From the NCBI GenBank assembly GCA_020847715.1, contig JADLBM010000007.1, positions 8,624-72,623 on the forward strand: a DNA stretch of 64,000 nucleotides, in the 5' to 3' direction. This document shows, piece by piece, positions 46,489 to 57,040 of this stretch. Every line of letters starts with the position of its first letter. Position 1 is the stretch's first letter. Below the pieces are notes generated by a model that worked only from the letters and a program-made list of their open reading frames with translations, made no database searches and was not told where the DNA came from. The stretch comes from Candidatus Yanofskybacteria bacterium. GTDB taxonomy: Bacteria; Patescibacteriota; Minisyncoccia; 2-02-FULL-40-12; GWA2-44-9. The translations under genes and the position numbers were made by a program.

Positions 46489-47043
46489 CTACTGCTGCTC
46501 GCCCATCTGAGGCTGCTGACCCATTCCATGATGCTGAGAACACGCATCACAGTTGCATCCCATCCCGTGGTCTGACATGCACTCCCGGCACTGCATATCG
46601 CCCTTTCGGCGATGCATCCACCACGCAGCAAGCGACCAACGACCGGCACCAGTAAATGCGAGCGCGAGTGCGGCGGCTGCAAAAACCAGATTCTGTCCCC
46701 ACCCGAAGATGAAGTGCAGCAATGCAGGCTGACCCATTGGATTCGGTCCCGTCACCGCATAGATAGCGACGAGCATGACGATACCGAGAAGCGCAGCAGC
46801 GATCCACAGGAACGCTCCAACGACCAAAAAGATACCGGCAACGAGCTCGGAACCCGTGGCGAGATACGCCCACAGAGGCCCAAATCCCCATCCACCAAAC
46901 ATCTCAACCGTCGCCGGAAGACTCTGAAGCTTCGCGGCTGCATGGCCGATGAAGAACGCGCCAAGCGCGAGGCGAAGCACGAGCAAGCCGACCGACTTAT
47001 TGTGACACCACCGATAGCACTTCCCGCCGATTCCGTGCAACAT
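46489..47043 (-). CDS. DoxX family protein
   Basis: LRLALGAFFIGH, ELVAG, GAGRWSL. Confidence 0.88.
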   Translation of the reverse strand: MLHGIGGKCYRWCHNKSVGLLVLRLALGAFFIGHAAAKLQSLPATVEMFGGWGFGPLWAYLATGSELVAGIFLVVGAFLWIAAALLGIVMLVAIYAVTGPNPMGQPALLHFIFGWGQNLVFAAAALALAFTGAGRWSLAAWWMHRRKGDMQCRECMSDHGMGCNCDACSQHHGMGQQPQMGEQQ

Positions 47044-47070
47044 AGGAATGAAATAAAAGTAATACGATAC

Positions 47071-47208
47071 TTACCGCGACCGTGGCTTTCGCACTGCATG
47101 GCCACGGAATACCGACACCTTCGAGTCGAGGCGTGCGGGCTTTCGCTTTGGCGTCGGAGGACGCCGTGCAGGCCGCACATCGCGACGCACAGTAGATAGA
47201 GTCGCCAT
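47071..47208 (-). CDS. Small basic peptide (45 aa), not in the ORF track
   Basis: TGGTATACT -10 7 nt before the ATG; MATLSTVRRDVRPARRPPTPKRKPARLDSK...RKPRSR*. Confidence 0.45.
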   Translation of the reverse strand: MATLSTVRRDVRPARRPPTPKRKPARLDSKVSVFRGHAVRKPRSR

Positions 47209-47280
47209 ACGGGCAGTATACCAGACCGTTTCCCCACAGCAACGCTGTAGCCGTCGTCATGACTGCGGTATACTGTACGC

Positions 47281-47748
47281 ATGAGGCTCTCCCGCCGCGC
47301 CGTTCTTGGTGTACTAGTCACCTGCGCCATCGTAGGCGGCGGGGCTGTCGCATGGTATCGGACCCGCCCGCCCGCATTCCCCCGGTATACCATCGATGCA
47401 GACGGGTCGGTCATCAAGCGACTCCCCATTCTGTCTTCTGAATCGCTTGCGCGTGTCCCAAGCCTACAGATGAAGGGGCTTATTTTCGGGATTCATCCAT
47501 TCCTTCTAGAAACAACGGCAACACACACGGAAAATGTGGAGCGCATCGTGTTCGTTGTCGAAAATGAACCATCCGATATCCGACGGGAATATGAGGAATA
47601 TTTTGCGGCAATTGGGTGGTCATATTCCCTTTCTCAGGATATGACACGACTCACCATACAAACAGCAGACGCATATACCGCTATCAGTATCGCCCCGCGG
47701 GAGTATGGCGGAAGCCTTATCGCCATCACTCGCAGTCAAATCCCCTAG
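47281..47748 (+). CDS. Hypothetical membrane-anchored protein
   Basis: N-terminal TM; precedes the PKD-protein gene. Confidence 0.6.
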   Translation: MRLSRRAVLGVLVTCAIVGGGAVAWYRTRPPAFPRYTIDADGSVIKRLPILSSESLARVPSLQMKGLIFGIHPFLLETTATHTENVERIVFVVENEPSDIRREYEEYFAAIGWSYSLSQDMTRLTIQTADAYTAISIAPREYGGSLIAITRSQIP

Positions 47749-47753
47749 CCCGC

Positions 47754-49931
47754 ATGAAACGAATATTCTTCATCACTTTCATGGTATTCGGAGCTCAGTT
47801 CATCGGAGCTCACGCAGCCCATGCAATCACCTGCTCACTGAGCGTATCGCCGACCTCTGGACCATCCGGAACGCAGGCAACGGTCACATGGCGCGTCTCG
47901 GGAGAGGGAGCTGTAAACGGTCTCGCCGACTTCGGGAATGGCGACGGCGATCAGGGAGGAGGAAATCGGATCGTGACACGATCTGTAAGCACAACATATG
48001 TCGGCGCACCGGGAACTCAGTTCGATTTATCGCTGGACGGATACGATGATATAAATTCCTGCCATAAACCCAGCGGCAACAACTCAATTACGTTCAGAAT
48101 CGGTAGTGGCCCACCTCCTCCGAATGCCACGTGTTCAAACAATATAGATGATGACGGCGACGGATACACCGACTACCCCAACGATTGCGGCTGCACTGAC
48201 CCGAGCGACACCAGCGAGGCAAATGCAGGATGCAATAATGTGTCGTATTCCGACATCACGATTGAAACCTTTCCGGTTCAATCCCTCAAATGGCGACTCA
48301 CCTGTCCGGGTGGACCGTATACCTGTAATGGAAGGAATGGCACTGGAAACATGACCCCCGCCCAAATGAACGCAATCTGTCAGAACGGAGTATGCGCTGG
48401 CGCAGGAGATTATTTTATCCACTCAGGATGGGGCGGACCAAATCCGAACCCCGGCTATGACTGCGTCGGAAGCTCTGATCTCCGCCCATGGACGCGTTGG
48501 ACCGAACCTATCTACCTCTCTCTTGACTGCGTTCCAGTGGCCTCTAGTCCGCCACCTCCGCCTTCGAGCCCGCCTCCGCCGGCTGTGAATAATTCGATCT
48601 GTGTAAGTCACACCATCCCGAGCGCCATGACCACGGGGCAAACGGTGAACGCTTCGGTAACGTTCCAAAACACCGGCACAACGACATGGACACAACTTGC
48701 CCCTGCGAACTACGATGTTTCCCTCTGGCCGTGGCCCCCGACTGCCCCTTCACTCACGCCGCAAGCAAGCGATATTTCTGCAGCATCTGTTGCTCCCGGA
48801 CAGACAATGGTCATTCCGCTCACCCTGACCGCCCCCGCGACACCCGGCACCTACGCGGGACAGTACCGCCTCGTTGAACAAGGCGTTGAGTGGTTCGGCG
48901 CCGCGTGCGGAGCAGCGACGATTACCGTGGACCCACCACCCACGCTTTCAGCATCCCTCACCGCGACACCGAACTCCGGCACCGCACCCGTCAGCTCGAC
49001 ACTTCAGGCAACCGTAGGCGGCACCGCGACCGGCACCATGAACTACAGCTTCTGGTGGAACTGCTCCAGTGCGACGACGAGTGTTGCAGCGGCGTCTGTC
49101 GCATGCGGCGCCCTTCCAGCTCCCGCTCCCGGCACCTGTGCGGGGAATGCAAACGGATACAAGTGTGACGGCGTGAACACGAATCCGCGAGCAACAACCG
49201 CCCACACGTACACGAGCGGAACCTACAGTGGAAAGGTCATCGTCGAACGCAGCACCGCGGCCCCCGCAGAGGCTCGCACAACAATAACCGTCGCACCCGC
49301 GCCTCCCCCGGTCGCGGGAGGCGTACAGATGGTCGCCCCCAACTACTGTGGCGGAGCGGCTCCACGCCAAACCGTATCATGGACCTACGCTCCGGGTGCG
49401 GGAGCTCAGAGTGCGTACCGGGTACAAGTCGCCGCAGGTCCCGCGTTCAATTTTGCCGCACCAGCCTATGATTCGCTCAAGGTATCATCGACCGGAACGT
49501 CTCATCCCACGGACCCGCTCAGCTACAACGCAACCTACCGAGCACGCGTCATGGTGTGGGATGCAGCCGACAATCCAAGCATATGGTCTGCCCCATCCGC
49601 GACCATCTCGACCCCACCGGGACCGTACCCACTCATCGCCTTCACCGTCGATCCCGCTCCCCCCTTCGCCGGCGAGAACGCGCTCTTCACCGACACCACG
49701 AACTACGGCGCATTCTCCCCGCTAGTACGGCAATGGAATTTCGGCGATGGCACCATTGTCACCGAGAACCCCGGAACGGGAACGACCACCCATGCATATG
49801 TCGACCCAACGAATATCACCGCAACGCTTACGGTCTCAGGGAGTAGCATGAACCCAGGAGATACCTGCGCCGCATCTCAAGGGTTCTTGGTGAATAAGGG
49901 TATTCCCTCGTACAAGGAAGTTCGCCCGTGA
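47754..49931 (+). CDS. Secreted Ig/PKD-domain surface protein
   Basis: Signal peptide, CSNNIDDDGDG, FQNTGTTTW (NBR1-like Ig), WNFGDG PKD. Confidence 0.85.
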   Translation: MKRIFFITFMVFGAQFIGAHAAHAITCSLSVSPTSGPSGTQATVTWRVSGEGAVNGLADFGNGDGDQGGGNRIVTRSVSTTYVGAPGTQFDLSLDGYDDINSCHKPSGNNSITFRIGSGPPPPNATCSNNIDDDGDGYTDYPNDCGCTDPSDTSEANAGCNNVSYSDITIETFPVQSLKWRLTCPGGPYTCNGRNGTGNMTPAQMNAICQNGVCAGAGDYFIHSGWGGPNPNPGYDCVGSSDLRPWTRWTEPIYLSLDCVPVASSPPPPPSSPPPPAVNNSICVSHTIPSAMTTGQTVNASVTFQNTGTTTWTQLAPANYDVSLWPWPPTAPSLTPQASDISAASVAPGQTMVIPLTLTAPATPGTYAGQYRLVEQGVEWFGAACGAATITVDPPPTLSASLTATPNSGTAPVSSTLQATVGGTATGTMNYSFWWNCSSATTSVAAASVACGALPAPAPGTCAGNANGYKCDGVNTNPRATTAHTYTSGTYSGKVIVERSTAAPAEARTTITVAPAPPPVAGGVQMVAPNYCGGAAPRQTVSWTYAPGAGAQSAYRVQVAAGPAFNFAAPAYDSLKVSSTGTSHPTDPLSYNATYRARVMVWDAADNPSIWSAPSATISTPPGPYPLIAFTVDPAPPFAGENALFTDTTNYGAFSPLVRQWNFGDGTIVTENPGTGTTTHAYVDPTNITATLTVSGSSMNPGDTCAASQGFLVNKGIPSYKEVRP

Positions 49932-49982
49932 TGCACCCATACAAAAGCCCCGCATGTGCGGGGCTTTTGTATGGGTGAGCGA

Positions 49983-51131
49983 CTAATTCCCCGTCGCCCA
50001 CCGGAACAGCTCATGCGCAAGAGCTCCGAAGATCGCCAGACAGAATGCAGCACTCACGAACCACCCGATAACCGGAATGATGCCGATAAGGCTCAGGAGA
50101 ACAACCCCTCCTAATGCCGAGGCCCAGGTAAGGTGCAGCGCGGTTCGCTTCTGAACGACCATCATGAGCCATGCCCCGAAGAACATTCCGGCAAGAGCCT
50201 TCGTGAGAATCATCATCGCGGCATACGCAAGCAGTATGAGGGCACCCGGGAGAATGCCCACGAAGCTGAACAGAAGGAGAATCGCAACGATTGGGGTCAC
50301 GATGCCGTAGATAAGCCCCCGTCCCAGCGAACGCAGGAATGCGTCCTTTGCCTGCGCGAACAGCTCAAGCGACTGCCGTCGCCAACGCCACATAAGGAAC
50401 GCCGCCAGACCAAGCGTTGCGATGAGTCGCATCGCCGACAGAACGCCGATGATTGCCCATCCAATTCGTTTCGGAGCACGATCGTCGAATCGAACACCCT
50501 GCATGCGTTGGGTGTACTCGATTGATCCGGTAACCCGAGCACCATCAGCCATCTGCACCTCACGCGCTGAACGGTATGTGAGGTTTCCGGCAACCACCGC
50601 GGCTGAACCGAGCATAACGCTCTCATCGGCACGGGCGTAGACATTTCCGTTCACCGTTCCGTTGATGACAAGAACACCTCCAATCATCCGCACTGAACCA
50701 TCAACGATACCGTCAATCGTCACCTGGCCGCCGGCGACAACAAGATCGCCGCCGATACGGGATCCGGGAAGCAGATGAATCGTCCCGCCGGCGACGACAA
50801 GATCGCCGCTCACACGGTCATTGATCACAACCGAGCCGCCCGCTGCACGAACATCGCCCGAAACCGGACCAAGAAGTTGTATGTTCCCGCCAATCGCCGC
50901 AATATCGCCAAGTACCGCGCCCGTCACCGATACAGTTCCACCGACTGCTAACGCATCACCATCAACCGTACCACCGACCGTCGTCGTCCCTGCCGCGACG
51001 TACAGGCTCCCCAGTACTCGTTGCTGAACAGGAAGTGAATACTGCTGGCCCGAAGCCAGCGTTGCCGCCATTGCGCTCAGCGGAACCGCCGCGAACACGC
51101 CGACCGCGAGAATACTCAAAATGCGCTTCAT
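49983..51131 (-). CDS. Membrane protein with polymer-forming/bactofilin-like beta-helix repeats
   Basis: GDxxxxGG repeats followed by several TMs. Confidence 0.8.
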   Translation of the reverse strand: MKRILSILAVGVFAAVPLSAMAATLASGQQYSLPVQQRVLGSLYVAAGTTTVGGTVDGDALAVGGTVSVTGAVLGDIAAIGGNIQLLGPVSGDVRAAGGSVVINDRVSGDLVVAGGTIHLLPGSRIGGDLVVAGGQVTIDGIVDGSVRMIGGVLVINGTVNGNVYARADESVMLGSAAVVAGNLTYRSAREVQMADGARVTGSIEYTQRMQGVRFDDRAPKRIGWAIIGVLSAMRLIATLGLAAFLMWRWRRQSLELFAQAKDAFLRSLGRGLIYGIVTPIVAILLLFSFVGILPGALILLAYAAMMILTKALAGMFFGAWLMMVVQKRTALHLTWASALGGVVLLSLIGIIPVIGWFVSAAFCLAIFGALAHELFRWATGN

Positions 51132-51208
51132 ACGTATAGTTCAATGAATACCCCTGTATTCTACCACCGCTTCGCTGAAGTCGATAGCTGTGGTATGGTG
51201 GGTGCGCA

Positions 51209-52183
51209 ATGCTTATTGATGACGTCACAATCAGGGTAGCGGCCGGAAACGGCGGAGACGGCTCCGTTGCTTTCAATAAGAACCTCATGGAACTTGGCCC
51301 AACCGGAGCATCCGGCGGGAACGGCGGAAGTGTGTTCTGCGAGGGGGTCGCCGATCTTGGCGCCCTCGCCCGATGGCGAAATTCCAAGGAGGCAATCGCG
51401 GAATCTGGTGAACCAGGGGGCATGCAGTACCGTGACGGACGCGACGGCAAGGACCTCACATTCCCCGTCCCCGTCGGAACGGTCGTTCACAATCTCGATA
51501 CGAAGGAAGATATCGAGATTGCCTCGATTGGACAGCGCGTCCTGCTCGCGCGAGGAGGCAAGGGTGGCCGTGGGAATTTTCACTTCCGCTCATCCATTAA
51601 CACATCTCCAAAGCGCGCCGAGTCCGGAACTCCGGGACAGTCATGGAGCATTCGGCTCGAGTTGAAGCTCACCGCCGACATCGGGCTCATCGGTATGCCG
51701 AATGCCGGAAAGTCCAGTCTCCTCAACGAGCTCACCCGCGCGCAACAGAAGGTCGCGAATTACCCATTCACAACCCTTGAGCCATCCCTCGGCGTGTACT
51801 ACGAGCTCGTTCTCGCGGATATTCCCGGCCTCATCGAAGGCGCGGCGTCCGGGAAGGGGCTTGGCATCAAGTTTCTCCGCCATGTCGAGCGTACGCGAAC
51901 ACTGTTCCATCTCGTATCCTGCGAGTCGGATGACCCAATCCGAGACTGGACCATCATCCGCAATGAGCTTGGTGCCTATAGCCCCGCAATGATTCAAAAG
52001 GACGAGAAAGTTCTCCTCACAAAAACAGACTTGAGCACTGCGGCGTCGGTAGCGCGGATTCTCGAGCGCTTTCGGGAAGCGGGCGTAGACGCGCTCCCAC
52101 TCAGCATCCACGACTCGGAGTCTATGGCGAAACTCGAGCAGCTCCTCCGTAGTCTCATCGCCGCAAAGAGCGCGGCGGCCTAG
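51209..52183 (+). CDS. obgE: GTPase ObgE/CgtA
   Basis: Gly-rich Obg fold, GMPNAGKS, YPFTT, DIPG, TKTD. Confidence 0.96.
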   Translation: MLIDDVTIRVAAGNGGDGSVAFNKNLMELGPTGASGGNGGSVFCEGVADLGALARWRNSKEAIAESGEPGGMQYRDGRDGKDLTFPVPVGTVVHNLDTKEDIEIASIGQRVLLARGGKGGRGNFHFRSSINTSPKRAESGTPGQSWSIRLELKLTADIGLIGMPNAGKSSLLNELTRAQQKVANYPFTTLEPSLGVYYELVLADIPGLIEGAASGKGLGIKFLRHVERTRTLFHLVSCESDDPIRDWTIIRNELGAYSPAMIQKDEKVLLTKTDLSTAASVARILERFREAGVDALPLSIHDSESMAKLEQLLRSLIAAKSAAA

Positions 52184-52917
52184 CCGAGTATCCGCGCAGC
52201 AGCCTCACGGTACGCACAGTGCTCACACTCATCCGCCGCAAGCGGCGGCTCCTCAGCATCAAGGCACACCTTCATTGCCTTCAGAACACCCGGAATCCAT
52301 CCATCATCACCGGTATACGGGAGAATGCGCACGTCGAACTCAAGACGAGCATCGAACGCTTCTCGATCGGCGTTCCCGTTGCAGTATACGAAATACCCCG
52401 TCGATGAGACGGTGTGCCCATTCTGCCGGAGAAGCCACTGGTATACCTCCATCTGGCGCTTGTATGCCTCCTTCCACACACCATCGAGCGTGACCTCGTG
52501 CGGAGACGAGGTGGCTTTGTAATCCACCACAATAAGCTCACCCGCGGGATTCACCCAAATATCATCAACCCCGCCAGTCACCGTGAAGTTTGTCGTCGGG
52601 TCGACATACTGCACACCCCGTCGAAGGGAATCGCGCCACTCATCCATCCGTTCGTGCGCGAGCGGCACCGCGTCGATCCCGTAGGCCTTCATCAGCGGAT
52701 GCGGAGTACCGGCGGCACGATGGATATCGAACTCCCGCTTCAAGAGCGCGTCCACCGCATTATTCAATGTGAACGCCGGCATGGACGGACGGGAGATGCC
52801 GCACCGACGGTCCAAGTAGAAGCACCGTGGACACTGCACGTAGAGATCTATCTTCGAGCGACTAATCCGGAACGGTTTCTCTGAGGCCGGATCGTATTGA
52901 TTCCGCTTGAACACCAT
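52180..52917 (-). CDS. PD-(D/E)XK nuclease family protein
   Basis: SRSKI..CPRC, GGVDD, VDYK, QMEVY, CEHC. Confidence 0.85.
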   Translation of the reverse strand: MVFKRNQYDPASEKPFRISRSKIDLYVQCPRCFYLDRRCGISRPSMPAFTLNNAVDALLKREFDIHRAAGTPHPLMKAYGIDAVPLAHERMDEWRDSLRRGVQYVDPTTNFTVTGGVDDIWVNPAGELIVVDYKATSSPHEVTLDGVWKEAYKRQMEVYQWLLRQNGHTVSSTGYFVYCNGNADREAFDARLEFDVRILPYTGDDGWIPGVLKAMKVCLDAEEPPLAADECEHCAYREAAARILG

Positions 52918-52919
52918 GG

Positions 52920-53273
52920 TTATTTCGTCTTGCGAAAACGGACGGTGAAGACCGGCTCATACTCGACGTGATCTTCCTTGATCTGGATAGACTCACCTTT
53001 CATGATCGCGGTAAGCGCCACATCCGAGAGTAGCTGTGCGTCTTGCTTGATGGCGAATTTCAACTCCTCCATCCGTGCGAAGTTGGCCCCTGCCTGTTCG
53101 CGCACCGACGCCTCGTGCTTCTTTTTCTTCTCACGCAGCTTTTCTATCTGCTCCTTCAGTTGCTGGTAATCGTGTGACGACGCGAGTTCGGATTTATACT
53201 TGCTCGCGATGATGCGCGCCTGCTGACGCTTCTCCTGCAACCGACCGAATATCTCCTGAACGCTTTTGCTCAT
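52920..53273 (-). CDS. Hypothetical coiled-coil protein
   Basis: Heptad-rich; C-terminal YEPVFTVRFRK. Confidence 0.7.
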   Translation of the reverse strand: MSKSVQEIFGRLQEKRQQARIIASKYKSELASSHDYQQLKEQIEKLREKKKKHEASVREQAGANFARMEELKFAIKQDAQLLSDVALTAIMKGESIQIKEDHVEYEPVFTVRFRKTK

Positions 53274-53406
53274 GTGGTGGATACATTAAGGCTTGCAGGC
53301 CATCCTACCACAGGCAAAGAGAAGTTGAGAAGAGAGGGGGCTCCGACTGGGAGCGCCGAGAAACCGTCCGAGTCGGGGCATCGAGGCGGGAGGAGGCGAA
53401 GAAGGC

Positions 53407-54636
53407 TCACTCGTACCGAAGCGCATCGATAGGGTTCTTTCGTGCGGCCTGTCGTGCAGGATAGACTCCGAACACAAGACCAGTCAGCACGGATACAGTC
53501 ACTGCGATGAGGACCGCGGACAAGGGAAACTGGAGCGGCCACTCAAACTTCGCGATGTACGTCACGCCGAGGTAGGTCGCCACCGTGAAGAATGCCCCTG
53601 CCATGATACCGATAGCTCCCCCAATCGAGGTGAGAATCACGGACTCCACAAGAAATTGCCGGAGAATGTCCGCCTCGGTTGCCCCAAGGGCTTTCCGGAG
53701 GCCGATCTCTCTGGTGCGCTCCACAACCGACACCAGCATGATGTTCATAATGCCGATCCCTCCCACAACGAGGGAGATAGCGGCAATTGCCGCGAGAAAG
53801 ATAGTGAGGGCAGAGGTGACATTCTGGATAATCGAAAGCGCCTCTTCCATGGATGCGACCATGAAGTCATCTTTTGACGGATCGGTGATGCGGTGATTCT
53901 GTCGCAGGATAGAGGTAATCCGCGACTTTATGAAGCCAACATCGTATACCGGATCGATCTCAGCATGAATCTCTTGATAGTAATCGATACCCAGCAGCTG
54001 CTTCTGCCCCACAGTCAGCGGAAGAATGGCGCTCTCATCAAAACTGAAGATGCCGGCGCCCTTTGGTTGCAAGATGCCGATGACTCGAAAATTGAAGTCC
54101 TTCACACGGACACTCTTTCCAATGGGATCAACATTCCCGAAGAGATCATTCGCCAGCTCCTGTCCAAGAATAATGACCTTGTTGTACGCCTGGGAGTCGG
54201 CTTCGGTGTAATGGTGCCCGCGAGCGAGCTCGATGTTGAGCATGTCGAACACATTGGGTGGCATCGCGTGCCAGATAACCGATTTGCTTGTATTCCCGTA
54301 CGAAAATCTCGACTGTCCGCTCACGCGAGCTGCGACCGCTACAATCGACGGCTCCCGCTCCAGCGAATCAACATCGCGCTGGACAAGCGTTTTAATCACA
54401 ATTCCTTGTGCGATTGCCGGAGCTCCTTTGGTGGGCGCACCCGGATTGACGCTAATGAGGTTCGAGCCAAAACTCTGCACCTGATCGATGATGTAGCGTT
54501 CTGCGGACCTCCCGATGGACATAATCAAGATGACGGATGAAACGCCAATGATAATGCCGAGCATGGTGAGTGTCGTCCGGATCTTATTCTGCCGGAGTCC
54601 CCGAAGCGATGCGCGAATTGCGTCGTTGAATTGCAT
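53407..54636 (-). CDS. MacB-like ABC transporter permease
   Basis: LTMLGIIIG, GGIGIMNIMLVSVVERTREIG, PIDALRYE. Confidence 0.95.
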   Translation of the reverse strand: MQFNDAIRASLRGLRQNKIRTTLTMLGIIIGVSSVILIMSIGRSAERYIIDQVQSFGSNLISVNPGAPTKGAPAIAQGIVIKTLVQRDVDSLEREPSIVAVAARVSGQSRFSYGNTSKSVIWHAMPPNVFDMLNIELARGHHYTEADSQAYNKVIILGQELANDLFGNVDPIGKSVRVKDFNFRVIGILQPKGAGIFSFDESAILPLTVGQKQLLGIDYYQEIHAEIDPVYDVGFIKSRITSILRQNHRITDPSKDDFMVASMEEALSIIQNVTSALTIFLAAIAAISLVVGGIGIMNIMLVSVVERTREIGLRKALGATEADILRQFLVESVILTSIGGAIGIMAGAFFTVATYLGVTYIAKFEWPLQFPLSAVLIAVTVSVLTGLVFGVYPARQAARKNPIDALRYE

Positions 54637-54638
54637 GG

Positions 54639-55352
54639 CTATTTGATGAGACCGTTGCCCCTCTTCCGATGCTCAACTGCAACATCGCGCTCCACACCGC
54701 CGTCTCGGAGCGCAATGATACGCTGCGCGTATTCCGCAGTATACGTTTCATGGGTGACGAGAATAATGGTTCGCCCCGCATCGTTGAGCCCCTGCAGAAT
54801 CTCCATAACCTGCCCGCCCGATTTTGAGTCCAGATTTCCGGTCGGCTCATCCGCAAAGATGATGCTCGGGTCATTCACGAGCGCGCGGGCAATAGCGACT
54901 CGCTGCTTCTGTCCTCCCGAGAGGTTACTCGACGGCACATCAATCTTCTCATCCAACCCCACCGCATGCACCGCCCGCTCGACAAGCTCGCGGCGGCGAA
55001 ACACCGGTACACCGGAATACATCAGCGGTAACTCAACATTCTCTGCGACCGTGGATCGACCGAGAAGGTTAAACGCCTGAAACACGAACCCCATCTCTTT
55101 GTTCCGCAAGTGCGCCAACTCAATATCGGTCAGTGTGGCCGTGTCGCGCCCCAGAAAGCGATAGGTCCCGCTCGTAGGACGATCAAGGAAGTCGAGAATG
55201 TGGAGGAGCGTTGACTTCCCGGAGCCGGACGGGCCCATAATAGCGACAAACTCCCCCTTCCCAATAGAAAATGAGACGTCAGCAAGCGCAACGGTCGAAA
55301 GCTCCTCGCCGTTCTCCCGATACACTTTCCCAAGATGCTCCAGATCGATCAT
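54639..55352 (-). CDS. ABC transporter ATP-binding protein (LolD/MacB-like)
   Basis: GPSGSGKS, LSGGQ, DEPTGNLD. Confidence 0.95.
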   Translation of the reverse strand: MIDLEHLGKVYRENGEELSTVALADVSFSIGKGEFVAIMGPSGSGKSTLLHILDFLDRPTSGTYRFLGRDTATLTDIELAHLRNKEMGFVFQAFNLLGRSTVAENVELPLMYSGVPVFRRRELVERAVHAVGLDEKIDVPSSNLSGGQKQRVAIARALVNDPSIIFADEPTGNLDSKSGGQVMEILQGLNDAGRTIILVTHETYTAEYAQRIIALRDGGVERDVAVEHRKRGNGLIK

Positions 55353-55359
55353 GACCTTC

Positions 55360-56952
55360 CTAATTGCCGTTGCGTTTGATGCCAATGTTCTCGACCTGAT
55401 CGCCTTCTGAAAGCCCCGAAACAATCTCGACCATTCCATCCTGTCCTCGCAGCCCGAGAGTGACCGAAACTTCCGCAGCATCGTTGCCAATCAGCTTCTT
55501 CACAAATGCTCCCCGCTCATCTTCGAGAATCGTAAACTGCGGCAGCAAGAGAACCGCATCGCGCCGGGCTGATTCAATATCAAGATTCGCCGTCAACCCG
55601 CTCTTCAGCATCGCGTTCGGCTCATCGAGCAGGATTGTCACCTTGAAGTTCACGACGCCATCGATGACAGTCTCTGCGGGGTCGATGAATGTCACATGTG
55701 CGGCAAGCGTCTGTCCGGGGAGCGCATCGACGGTAAGACTGACCGGATTCCCGATCATCAAGCGTCCAATATCCACCTCGGGAACATTCGCCTCAATCTC
55801 AAGCTCTTGGTCCGAAATGACCGCAACAAGCGCCTGACCGGCAGTCGCCGTTTGCCCAACCTTCGCATCTTGCTTTGTAACAATCCCCGCCATCGGACTC
55901 CGGATGATGTTCTTCGCAATCTGGGCTTGTATCCGCTGAACTTGTGCCTCAGCAGAAAGGAGCGCCGCTCGCTGAACATCCACCTGTTCGGGAGTTGAGC
56001 CTGCTTTCGTAAGCGCCAGCTCACCCTCGACGCGCTCGACCGTAAGGAGGTTCGTCGTGATGAGCTGGTCCTGCGTGTTCACGGAGGTGAGCGCAGCAAC
56101 AACACTCGCACGACCCGTGTTTACGTTCGTCCGGTATGTCTGAAGGGTCGTGGAATCCACCTGAACGCTGTTATTGTCGAGAATGTTCTGCACAAGCGTG
56201 AGAAGATCCTTCGCCGTCTGAAGGTATCCTCGCGCATTATGAATAGCCTTCACGAGGGCCTCCGGAGATCCGCCGAGAGCGACGCCGCTCAGTTCTTGTT
56301 GCCAGCGATTCAAGGCAACCTCAACGCTCACCCGCTTTGACAGCGCATCGCGCTGGAGCTGATCGCACGCACACGTGAACGCGAGCTGGTACAACGGGGC
56401 AGCCTCGCTCCCGACGCTGAGAAGAATCTGCGCGGTCTGGATGCGCACGGCATTATCTGTCTTGGTGTAGGCATCGAGGAGCACATCGTATACGTTCGCA
56501 TATGCATTCTCGAGGTCTTGCTGGGCCTGCCGCAATTCGGACTCCTTGATTGTGACCTCCTCCGCTCGGCCACCTCCCGCGAGCTCCTGAAGCTTTGCCT
56601 GCTGAGCGAGCACATTCGCCTGCGCATCTCGAAGCTGGGCATTCAACTCGGCGTTATCAAGACTCGCCAAAATCTGCCCAGGAACAACCCGATCGCCAAC
56701 TTTCGCACCAGCCACGGCGATGCGTCCACCATTCTGGAATGCAAGCTGAACATCCTGCGTCGCCTTGACCCGACCCGTCACGGAAACGATCTGCCGGATG
56801 GATCCGCGAGTCACGGAAATAACGCGGTCCGCCCCGTTTCCCCCTCCGGACAACGCGGCAGCGATGACAATGAGAAGGATGATTGCACCCGCACCTGCGG
56901 CGATGCGCTTGCCACGGGAAAGACCGATGAAGAACGCGAGAATGTTTTTCAT
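55360..56952 (-). CDS. Efflux RND/MacA-like adaptor subunit
   Basis: TM, lipoyl half-motifs, long coiled coil, EVDI, GLSEGD. Confidence 0.9.
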   Translation of the reverse strand: MKNILAFFIGLSRGKRIAAGAGAIILLIVIAAALSGGGNGADRVISVTRGSIRQIVSVTGRVKATQDVQLAFQNGGRIAVAGAKVGDRVVPGQILASLDNAELNAQLRDAQANVLAQQAKLQELAGGGRAEEVTIKESELRQAQQDLENAYANVYDVLLDAYTKTDNAVRIQTAQILLSVGSEAAPLYQLAFTCACDQLQRDALSKRVSVEVALNRWQQELSGVALGGSPEALVKAIHNARGYLQTAKDLLTLVQNILDNNSVQVDSTTLQTYRTNVNTGRASVVAALTSVNTQDQLITTNLLTVERVEGELALTKAGSTPEQVDVQRAALLSAEAQVQRIQAQIAKNIIRSPMAGIVTKQDAKVGQTATAGQALVAVISDQELEIEANVPEVDIGRLMIGNPVSLTVDALPGQTLAAHVTFIDPAETVIDGVVNFKVTILLDEPNAMLKSGLTANLDIESARRDAVLLLPQFTILEDERGAFVKKLIGNDAAEVSVTLGLRGQDGMVEIVSGLSEGDQVENIGIKRNGN

Positions 56953-57040
56953 GGGAGTAGTGATATTCTACCACCGTACACCGCCCACGGGTAGCGTCAA
57001 TCAGTCTGGAAATACCGCATCCCGTGAGGTACGATGGGAC

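Noticed and set aside
52180-52917. Cas4 of a CRISPR system
   Set aside because: Stand-alone PD-(D/E)XK nuclease among housekeeping genes; no cas1, cas2 or array.
53340-53380. Hairpin GCTCCGACT/AGTCGGGGC as an ncRNA
   Set aside because: A single short intergenic stem-loop, best explained as a terminator or REP-like element.
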